Of a DNA stretch of 64,000 nucleotides, positions 53,601 through 64,000 are shown in pieces. The notes beneath the pieces are model-generated. The model had not been told where the DNA came from, searched no databases, and saw nothing but the letters and a program-made list of their open reading frames with translations. Origin of the DNA: Antedon mediterranea. Its lineage: Eukaryota > Animalia > Echinodermata. The stretch lies in NCBI RefSeq assembly GCF_964355755.1, contig NC_092671.1, positions 17,794,001 through 17,858,000 of the forward strand, read 5' to 3'. Both the position numbers and the translations under genes were made by a program. The number at the start of each line of letters is the position of its first letter. Position 1 is the stretch's first letter.

Positions 53601-56600
53601 GAAACCAGAGCCTGACATTCTGACCACAAGGACAGGTGGTGCTTACATCCCTCCAGCTAAGCTACGTTTAATGCAACAACAGATCACAGATAAAACATCG
53701 TATGTATCACCATTAATTTGGTAGTTTATAAAGTGTGTTTTCTTAACCTGATTGATTGTTTATTAAGCCTGTTTATCACTAGGTGAATTTGATTGATTTT
53801 GAATCGAAAACATCAGCTTATACGCATGTGTATTCATGTTTCCATCTTCCAAATACCTTTCTACTACAAATTCTAGTTCCCGGAGTTTCTTCACTTAAGC
53901 AAAATTGGTAGTTTGAATTGCTTCTACTTTTTGCGATGCGAAAAATTACGCAACCAATTAGAGCTTAGAAAATGAGTAATGACGTCGTTCATGAGCACTC
54001 ACATGAAAGGTTTAGCACAGACAACGCAATGAAAATGACAGCTATTGCTTTTGTAGTAGAAAGGGAAGCATGATTTGTTTCTCTGCGAAACATTGGATTT
54101 GCGTGAATAATAGTGGAAAACAGAATTTATTGTTTAAACAGCAGCTGGTAAATCATGGTCATGATACTGTAGTTGATTGCTGAGTGGATCCCGCCACCGT
54201 AGACCAGGATGGCGACATCCCTAATGCTCCATGCAACACACAGACCCTAACCCTTCATGCAACAGCACAGATCTCAAATTATAGTTGTTTCTTGACATTA
54301 ACTCTACTGCAAGTAATGCAGGCCAAAGATCTCTTGTGTTTTTATTTCGTATATAGTTTCTAGAATTTGAAACTAGGTATTTATTATTTATTTATTTAGG
54401 TCTAGTTGATTTCCTGTTTTTTTTTTCAGAACTGCTTATCAGCGGATTGCATGGGAAGCTTTAAAAAAGAGCATTAATGGGTTGATCAACAAGGTCAATG
54501 TTTCCAACATCAGTTTAATTGTTCAGGAGTTATTTGCAGAAAATATAATTCGTGGAAGGTATGTTTATTATATTGAACTGGAATTAATGGAAGTCCCATT
54601 CCCTACGTTTTTTAGATCTAAGGTCACAAACTACATTTAATTTAAAAATAAATACTATATGGTCCTATTGTGATAACTTTTTCGTCTTTAAACGGTTAAA
54701 AATGTGAAAAATAAGTTGATTCTAATAATTGAAGCGGCCCGCTATAAATCCCAACATGCATTGTGCGCAAATTGATATGAACTTTCGATCGATTGTAAAG
54801 GCCAAAGGTAATGGAATAATCATAACTTTCCAGCGAAAATACTGGGTTTCCCCCAAATTTGTATTAACTGATTCTGGCAAAAACAGAAAGACAGTTATTG
54901 TAGCATCTAGACAACGTCAGACTAGGCCTATGGCTAGCGTACGATGTAATATCAAAATCACAATATGTATTTGACCAAGTCTACCTTTGGTAAATTGTGG
55001 CCAAATAACTTTGAAGCTTGAGAAGGACACATTTTTCAGGTCATCTAGCATTGTTTAAAATGAGTGGTCAGTTGATTACAAACCTTAGACATATTCTTAC
55101 TAGCATAAATGTTTTGTTTAGTAGACATTGTTTAAATGTTTTGTTTAGTAGACATTGGGCCTGTTTCTGCTGCAACTGCTCAAAATACGGTATAAAAATA
55201 CGGTATAAAATAATTTTTTATACCGTATTTTTTAGTACCCCGTTTCTGCTAACAATACTTCTTGGGTGGTCGTGTTAAATTTCATCTTTTTTACCCAAAT
55301 TGCCATTCATTTATTTGATCGATAATTAAAAGTCGCAATAAAGGAAGTTTTACGTCTCACTTTCAACAGCCTAGCCCTAGTGATAGAGATGTTGTGAGAG
55401 CACAGAAAACATCGTAATGGGGACAATTAATTTGTTCCCTTCCCGAGTTATTGTATTTTGCAATGTTGTACTGCTTTCGCAGGCTCTTCAGCTTTGAGTT
55501 TACTTGCTTTGGAGACAAGTCTATTTCATACTCCTGCTTTATTTTTTTAGAAATGTCTTTATAAATGTGGTTGTCCCTTTTATTACCTTTTAGTTGGTCA
55601 GACATTTTAGCTTCCCCACACACATTTATTTAGTAAAACTGTGACGTCTTCGCTCCACATTTTCGCCGAATATATCTATACATGTGTGTAAAGCAGCTAA
55701 CAGCGACAGAAAATAAAAACACGAATGGTGACTTTTTGTCATGTAAAAAAAAAATACGGTATTTTTTATTGGCAGCAGAAACGGGTACATAAAATACGGT
55801 ATAAATTTGTAAATACCGTATTTTATCCACAAATTTTGTGGGGAAAATACGGTATACAAAATACGGTATATTTTTTATGAGCGCAGTTTCTGCTGCCAAA
55901 AATATACCGTATATATACGGTATTCAAAAAATACCGTATAATATACGGTATTTAGTTGGCAGCAGAAACAGGGCCATTGTTTAAATGTTTTGTTTAGTAG
56001 ACATTGTTTAAATGTTTTGTTTAGTAGACATTGTTTTTTCTCCACAGGGGACTGTTAGCACGTTCTATCGTACAAGCCCAGAATGCCTCACCGACTTTTA
56101 CACACGTATATGCTGCTTTAGTAGCTATCATCAATTCAAAGGTAAGTGATTTTATTTAAGTTCATTCTAAAAAGCAATTGATAAATAAACTGCAAACAAA
56201 TAATTAATATATCCGGCTCGTAATATGTACTGTAAGTTGCTAAATAAAGTAGTTTGTATTGTGTGCTATCAAATGGCTTACGATAAAATGGGTTGTAATT
56301 GAGAATTGATAGAAATATTTGGCTTGTTATCATCTTCCAAATGCAAGTACAGTATTATAATAAGCAAACATTACCCTGGTATAATATTTTTTTTTTTTAA
56401 ATATTATTCTTTTTCTTTACAGTTTCCTCAAAATGGTGAACTTATTTTGAAGCGACTGATTGTCAATTTTCAAAAGAGTTTCAAACGAAATGACAAAAGC
56501 TTATGCTTAACATCTACTAGATTCATTGCTCATCTAGTCAACCAGCAAGTAGTAAGATTGTGTTTATATTTTCTATTATTATTGTATGATTAGATAATGA

Positions 56601-59600
56601 TAGGTTACTAAAGCTTGGTTCCCACTAGAGATGCAACACAAGGACGTAACGCAACCTAAGTGATTTGACATTGGTTTGTCATTGGTCAACTTGCATTGCG
56701 CGTATGTCCTTACGTTGCGTCTCTAGTGCGAACCACGCTTAAGGTAATGATCATGACAAATAGGAGGGTAAATAAAGCCTATAAATGAAGTCTCCACATT
56801 CCAGTGAACATGTTTATATTTACACTTTAGTTTGCAATAGTCTTTAATGATACGGTTACAGTTACATTTCCACTGACAAATTAGTATAGACCAACCATTT
56901 TATATTTTTATCATTGCATAATTATACGATTATACACTCTCTAGAATATACCAGTATTATAAACTTATAAACTAGCTGCCTAGGTTTCTTCCTTCCAAGA
57001 CTTATATTTAGGGTTTGCAATAGCCTGAAAAAGTCCAATCATATTATGGAATATACCAGATTAGTTAATATCCAATGGGCTTCTCAAGTAATAACATTAT
57101 TTGTTACTTCTTTAGGCTCATGAAGTAATCGCCTTAGAGATATTAACACTACTGTTAGAGAATCCTTCAGATGATTCTGTAGAAGTTGCCGTGGCTTTTC
57201 TAAAGGAGAGTGGACAAAAACTCTATGATATTTCACCAAGAGGAATGCATGGTAAGTTGCATTTTTCATGTTTTGTACGAAAGCAACTAAAGTGGAGAAA
57301 CCTTAAAAAATGTGTTTAGAAGAGAGAGCAACACTAACATGGCATGGAGGAGGAGCATGTAATAAGTCTTGAAATTATATGATTAGCCACAATGAAAATA
57401 TTTTCTATAATTTATTCCTCATATTCCCTTCAGTCTGTTACAGAACATCATTGATTTTTATATATTTTTGTAGCAATAATGATTTATATATTTTTTTGTA
57501 GCAATATTTGATCGTCTACGTAGCATTCTACATGAGTCACAGATTGATAAGCGTGTACAGTACATGGTGGAAGTCATGTTCGCTGTACGCAAGGATGGCT
57601 TTAAAGACTTTCCATCTCTAAGTGAGGGTCTTGATCTTGTGGAAGAAGCTGGTCAGTTCACTCACTTGCTGACATTAGAGGACCAGTATACTACAGAAGA
57701 CATGCTTAGTAAGTCATACATTCAGTAGCGTACCACTAAGACCCCCTGGTTTAGGGTCCCTAAGTGGCCCTCTAATAAGACCTTAGACCTCTGCTTTATG
57801 AATTGCATTGGCTACCTGTTGAAAGTAGAATCACTCTTAAAGTGTTACTTCATGTTTACAATTGTTTAAATAATAATGCGCCCTGTTATCTGAGCTGAGC
57901 TCTTACGGGTGTATAGATGTGCTAAGAGAGGCCTGAGGTCCGAGATAGATCACACCAGATTGGATCACTGTCTCGAAAAGTGGACCTCTGGAAATAATAC
58001 TTTCTCAAAATTTGGACTGGTGATGTGGAATAAACTCCCGTCTGTGATCCAGGAAAACAAACCACAGTTTTAAAATTTAAAAAAGCCCTCACAACACATC
58101 TATTTCCTATGTAAAGCGCTTTGATCATTTTACACTAATTTGGAAAAGCGCTATATAAATAAAATAATAATAATGCTGGAGGCTGCTGGCATTTTTAGCC
58201 TTTTTTGCAATATTTTAATGTCTGTTTTTTCCTCCAGCCCTGCTCAGGGATCCCTGTAGCCATTCAGCACTCGTGACCTGTATACATTTCTTTTTAAACG
58301 GATTGTAATTTTTACTTAAAAGGAAATCCAGTTCTCCTTTCCATAAAATACCTTTAGTAATCTTCAGAAGTTTTGTCCTATGTAGAATGAATATCTTTAC
58401 TCGCAAAGTAGTGTTCAAACACATTTTCAGTTACAGATTACAATCATGATTTTTTTATTATTTTATTAATGAGGTCTTTTTTTCTTCCTTAGATATATTT
58501 AAGCATGACCCAGAGTATCTGGAGAATGAAGAAAAGTACAAAACAATTAAGAAAGATATTCTTGGCGAGGAAAGTGATTCAGAATCGGGTGACAGTGGCG
58601 ATGGTAGCTCAAGTGAATCGGACTCCGATACTGAAGGTACATTTAAGATTAACGCATTTTTAATTAGTATCATAATACAACAAATAATTGAGGTACTGCA
58701 ATTTGTTTAAATTCTGCTATATTGATTAACATTTGTAGTTTCAACTATGTTAGGCAAATGACATGCCTGTCTTTGTTGCTAATATATTTAGAGTTTTGTT
58801 CTAGAAAAAAAAATGGAAATCATTGATCAAACGGAGACAAACTTAGTGGCATTGCGTCGTACCATCTACCTGACTATCCAATCCAGTTTGGATTTCGAAG
58901 AGTGTGCCCATAAACTTCTCAAAATGGAAATTAAACCAGGTCAAGAGGTATGATCATTTTGTATTGTCCCATAGAAACATATTAAAAAATGATAAATAGA
59001 CCAAAGTTAGGCAGGCAGGCCTAGATATGTTTTTTTCATTTAATATATATTTTTTTTTACAGAAAGAAGTATGTCTTATGATACTAGATTGTTGTGCTCA
59101 GCAAAGGACCTACGAAAAGTTTTATGGTCTATTAGCCCAGGTAAGTCACGCAATAGAATTGTTGAACATTTTCTTTCATTTTGTGTATATAACTTTTAAA
59201 CTATTAAAGAAACAATCCACACTTCAATAGCACTAATATAAACCACACCTCAATTTGAATGAAAAATACAAAGGAAATTGTTAACAACAATACTGTATTG
59301 TTATTATCTTTCAGAGGTTTTGCCAGCTGAAGAAGGAGTATTTACAGAATTACACAGTCGTATTTGGGGAGCAGTATGATGTTTGTCATCGTTTGGAAAC
59401 TAATAAACTAAGGAATGTGGCCAAGTTCTTTTCTCACCTATTGTATACAGATGCTATACCATGGATGGTAAATAATACAATTTCTTATGGAATATATTGT
59501 CAAATCTTACATACTGTACTTATTTGAATATTCACCGCACTTTGAATAAATGTCCCTTCTAATAAACTCCCCCTATAGAAAATCTTTTAGAATAAAAGCC

Positions 59601-62600
59601 CCATCAAATATACGCCCCGAGACAATTAGTTTTTTTCTTGAAAAAACGCCCTGCCATGTGCATACACACACAGTACTAACACATAGTAGAATTCATTGAC
59701 TCTCATGATCTAGAATTTATCAAGCATTTTTATTAGGTTATATGCATTATCATGCATATAACCTCTTGATTCTGTCAAAATCTTTATTTATTTATTTATT
59801 TATTCTTTCCTTAGCACTATTTTGTCCGTGAATTATCTTGATATCAGTTTCATCTATCTAAGTCAATTTTTCAGAGTATATTCCTTATGGCCAGGAATCG
59901 ATGTGGTTATGTTTTCAGGTTGGCTGCGCAATCAAACATTACGCGGTCTACGCGCGATTTAACGAAATCACGTTTGTAATCATATCTTCACAAGCATGAA
60001 TCACTTTTAAACAAAATTTGGTACTCATAAATTTCAGGTCATATTTCATCATATGGCAATACAATTACGTGCGTAGCGCATATAACGCATGCGTACGCGC
60101 GCTTAAAATGTTGAAAATTGTCAGAATTTATTTTCGATGAAATTAGAGTACGTTTCAGGCAATTTTAAGCGTTTAAAAAATTGACATGAGTGCGCAGATT
60201 TTTGCACGCGCACTGCGCGTCAAACGTTAATGCGCACTGTTTTTGTCCGATTACTGTTGTATAACCTTTCTTTAATAATGTCATATTTTATTCACTTTTC
60301 AACGGGAAACAGCGTTATACGAGCACGTCAAAAGTGACAGGCTACGCACGTGTCAGTTAACAAAATGGTGAAAATATGCTAAATTTTAAAATTAATATAT
60401 ATTGTTAGAATGCTCGGGAACACCTATTTTTTATTTCATTTTCTTGAAGTGTATGTATCATATGTATGATTTATTATGAAATTAGGAGAAAAAAAGTTGA
60501 TTAAGTCATTATTAATGGCATATTAAATTTAAAAAAATTAATTTTGACAATCAAACAAATTATAACATTTTCTTAGGCCGAAATAACAAACTTAACATTA
60601 ACTTTCTTCCTTAAGAAGTTCATATATTAAAGTTAAAAGTATATAGTTTGACAGTGCATCATTTTTTTAAATTTTTAAAGATGTCATCATAGTAAAACAT
60701 TATAATTCATTGCGGTATGTACTAATCTATCTGCACCAAAGTGGTTACTGCATAGTAAATACACGGAGGAATCTTTCCACAACTTTTAGTCAGTTGTGTA
60801 TGGCTCGGTGGTCTTTGCTCGTGTCTATAGCATTCAAGGTACCGAGTTCGAGTCTCACCTTGGGAAACGAAACGAAATGAGATTTTTTTTTATTATCCGT
60901 ATTGTTTGTTCAATTGTATTTCTTAGTGTATAGATTATACACATGATTTATAATGAAATCTAAATAAAAACACAAATGTGGTTTATGACATTATATACGC
61001 AGAAGGATCTTTGATAGGATTATGATACCGGCTATTGTATTTGCGTTAGCAAGATCCTATCATATATTATAAATAACTAACGATTCTGAGAAAATCAATC
61101 AATCAAAATATCTTAAATCAATCGATTATCTTTATTTAAATCAATGCATATAACCTATAATTCGTCATAGTGACGAATTAAATCTAGTTACACTTGTTAC
61201 TGTATTAATTGTGTTGTATTTATGTCATATCTAGGGGGTATTTATTTGATTATACATGTTACAATTTTACATAAAAAAACGTATCCTCGAATAAATGCAA
61301 ACCTAACCTTTCCCCTAAAACCCTCCCAAACAATAAATGTCCCAGAACATTTATTTGAATACGATACAGTACTACAGTATATGTAAAAACATAGATTGTT
61401 ATTTATCTTCAAACTGTACAAGTTTAATAGGTTTTATTCTCTATTGCATGTATTTTTGTGTTGTTAAATAATCCCTTTTATTTTTACATTACTTGTGACT
61501 CTGATTCATATTATTTAAAAAAATGTTCAGGCATTATCTTGCATCAAGTTAAATGAGGATGATACAACATCGTCAAGCCGAATCTTTATAAAGATACTTT
61601 TCCAAGAACTGTCTGAATATTTGGGACTTCCAAAGCTGAACGAAAGACTAAAGGATCAGTAAGTCAATGCAGCAGACATATATTAACAATTATTACAATA
61701 TTAAAACTTTTCATTCTTTTGTACAACATTTAAAACTTTCGCTGTCTAGTATCTGAAACCATAATTTTTATTTATTGATTTATATATTTTTATATATTGT
61801 TTTATATATTCTATTTGTAACCTGTTTAATAGCTTCTTGAAGTTTCTTACCTTTTCAATTGTAAATAATGGTTTATATGTATAAATTTGCTGAAAATCAA
61901 AAATAGCATTTGAATGTTTTTGAGAAAAACCGAATACAAACAATATCTTTTAAGCAATTGTGATATTGTGTATAACATTATGTTAAATTCATTTTACTTC
62001 TTATTGTAAACTTACATAATGCTGTAAATCATGTTTTTTATATATAGATGAAATTCGTTTTTTTATAGTACACTGCAGCCATTCCTGGAAGGTTTGATGC
62101 CACATGATAATCCAGCAAACACTAGGTTCTCTATCAATTTCTTTACTACAATTGGACTTGGAGGTCTCACGTAAGTTTAAAAAAAAAATGTACATGTGGT
62201 GGAATAACCTGTGACGTTCAGCCTACTGAGCTGAATGGTGCACAGTACAACTAATTTCTCCCCTAAGAGTCCCTTGTGTCAATTGCTGCCACCAAAATGG
62301 TCGAAGAGTAAACCTGTGCCAATTGTATAGCTGCATTGCCACTGGACTAACCGCTTGACCACTAATTTGATCTAGATAAATATATCTTGTACATTTATTG
62401 TCATTGAATACCAATACCAGCTGTGTTAAATTACGAAATATAAAATTAAAGCCTCATTAATTTGATATTGATTTTATTATTGTTGTTAAAATTATTCAAT
62501 TTATAGTGATGACCTTCGTGAGCACTTAAAGCTTCAGCAGAAAAAGATAATGGAGCAGAGGCAGCCTCTAATGAAGAGCGATTCTTCTGACTCTAGTGAT

Positions 62601-64000
62601 TCAAGTTCTGATGATGACAGTTCGTCATCGGCCTCCTCATCTTCCTCAGGTAAGTCACCTATCATTGTTTGGAGGTGTGGTTCAACAGTGTATAAAATAG
62701 GTTTACTCTTTTTTGGGGGGAAAGGTCAACATGATTTACTGTTGTTATTTATTTACCTACTCATTTACTGTTAAAATTATCTAGATTAAATGGGTCAACT
62801 AAATCTCCTAAAAAGACTCATATTGATTTTATATTAAAAATAATTTTGCTTGGAAAAGATATACTTTTTGATCTAGATAGTATATATTAGCATAATCTAA
62901 TTTTATTTTATGAACCCTAAATTACTATAAATGTATTCTTTTTAACAGAAAGTTCATCAGAATCTGAAGAAGAATCAAGAAAAAGAAAGAAGAAAAAGAC
63001 ACTTCCAAAAGAAGGAAAAAAGGTTTCATCAAAATCCAAAAAAGAGCAAAGAAGTAGTAAAAAGAATAAAAATAAAGAAACTGAAAAAATTAAGAAAGCA
63101 CAATCTAAAACAAAACGAAAAAATAAAACGCCAGTGTCATCATCTTCATCATCTTCTAGTAGTGAATCTGATTCATCATCATCGGAGTCCACACAGGAGG
63201 ACACAAGGACTGAAAGCAGAAAAAGAAAAGAAAGTACTGAAAGAAATTATGGAATTAATGGAAGAGAGAAAGGTTTTAAAAACCATGAACTTAGTAATAA
63301 AAGTGAAAGGAAAGAGATGACAAAAAGAGGTGGAGGAGATAGGTATATTGGAAGGCAAGTAGACAGACCAAGAGAAGAGACAGTTGAAAATGAAAGAAAT
63401 GAGAGAGATGAACGTCGAAGAAGAGAGAGAATTGAACGCAACAGAAATGATAGAGGTGATCAAGAGAGGGAAGTGAGAATTGAGCGTGGCAGGGAAGACA
63501 AATGTGATCGAGGTAGAGATGTAAGAATTGATCATAGAAGAGAAGATAGAGGTGTGCAAGAAAGAGAAGACAGAATTGAACGTGATAAAGGTGAAAGATC
63601 TGATAGAAAGAAAGATGAAAGAGGGAGACGTGGAAAAGGTGAACGAGAGAATGATAGAATTGACCAAGAGAGTAATAGAGAAAGAAGAGTTGAAAGAATT
63701 GAAAAAGGTAAAGAAACAGGCAGAAGAGGAGATTCAGACACTTCTTGGATGGACAAACTAGTCGAAAAAGGAAGAGAAGAAGAGACCAATAGATGGATGG
63801 ATAACATAGTTGAAAAGGGTAAAGAGAATGACAAAAATAGGTGGATGGATGAAATAGTTGAAAAAGGGAGAGATAAAAGAGGTAACCAACAGAGGGATGA
63901 AAGAAATGATAGAAGAATAAGTAGAGGTAAGAATGACAGAAAACGAGAAGAAATGGTTGTTAGTGAAGAGGATGAAAGTAACAGTAGAGGAAAAGATGAG
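48375..64000 (+). CDS. CWC22: Pre-mRNA splicing factor CWC22 (MIF4G and MA3 domains); last exon runs off the right edge
   Basis: Exons 48375-48385, 50221-50367, 51066-51167, 51486-51833, 53547-53699, 54430-54558, 56048-56141, 56423-56551, 57116-57251, 57502-57708, 58493-58636, 58805-58947, 59063-59140, 59315-59467, 61531-61658, 62069-62170, 62507-62649, 62949->64000. Motifs [62 protein letters not shown]. The 11-nt first coding exon is the least certain part. Confidence 0.96.
48985..49994. mobile_element. MULE/Mutator-like non-autonomous element
   Basis: 9-bp TSD AAAATTAAT at 48976-48984 and 49995-50003; imperfect TIRs including ttccgtttgctaaa.gta.ggtaa.attgcatta. Confidence 0.65.
50650..50684. 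repeat. (TA)n microsatellite
   Basis: Directly visible in the sequence. Confidence 0.95.
54592..54945 (-). mobile_element. Partial Kolobok-like family B copy
   Basis: Reverse complement of about 12480-12865 (cccattccctacgtttt...gcggcccgctataaatccca). Confidence 0.75.
55157..55975 (-). mobile_element. Harbinger-derived element with a Myb/SANT remnant
   Basis: TIRs GG(G/C)CCTGTTTCTGCTGC with 3-bp TSD ATT. Minus-strand WSEDVTVLL...IYKDISKKI...[16 protein letters not shown]...CPHYD. Many AAAATACGGTAT subterminal motifs. Inserted into a 27-bp tandem repeat. Confidence 0.85.
59729..61188 (+). mobile_element. Helentron/HINE-like non-autonomous rolling-circle element
   Basis: 5' T-run followed by the AGGTTATATGCAT...ATGCATATAACCT hairpin. 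3' repeat ATGCATATAACCT, stem-loop AATTCGTCA-tag-TGACGAATT and terminal CTAGT. Confidence 0.7.

Noticed and set aside
60790-60862. tRNA gene
   Set aside because: It has A and B boxes but no convincing acceptor or anticodon stems, so it was treated as tRNA-derived.
62917-63834. Minus-strand Ser/Phe/Leu-rich ORFs
   Set aside because: Antisense shadows of the purine-rich CWC22 last exon.

Overview
AT-rich metazoan genomic DNA with many GT-AG introns. The gene content and abundant TAGGCCTA motifs suggest an invertebrate deuterostome, possibly an echinoderm or crinoid (inference only). Six spliced genes could be reconstructed with phase-consistent exons: BBS9/PTHB1 (minus strand, runs off the left edge), a METTL21A-like lysine methyltransferase (+), a CNPase (2',3'-cyclic-nucleotide 3'-phosphodiesterase)-like gene (+), a GPR158/179-like class C GPCR (-), CDC6 (-) and CWC22 (+, runs off the right edge). 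BBS9/METTL21A and CDC6/CWC22 are head-to-head pairs. The CNPase-like gene has an in-frame TGA and a TTAA-target transposon inside its last exon; the GTTAAG target context gives an in-frame GT...AG, so the insertion might be spliced out as an intron. Introns hold many non-autonomous elements (Kolobok-like, piggyBac-like, Harbinger with Myb/SANT remnants, hAT-like, MULE-like, Helentron/HINE-like, SINEs, a LINE remnant), several of them nested. Other notable features are a Penelope-type minimal hammerhead ribozyme, a MITE-derived 105-bp tandem array next to the METTL21A start, and several micro- and minisatellites. No rRNA, bona fide tRNA or CRISPR array was seen. All protein identities come from recalled family motifs, not database searches.
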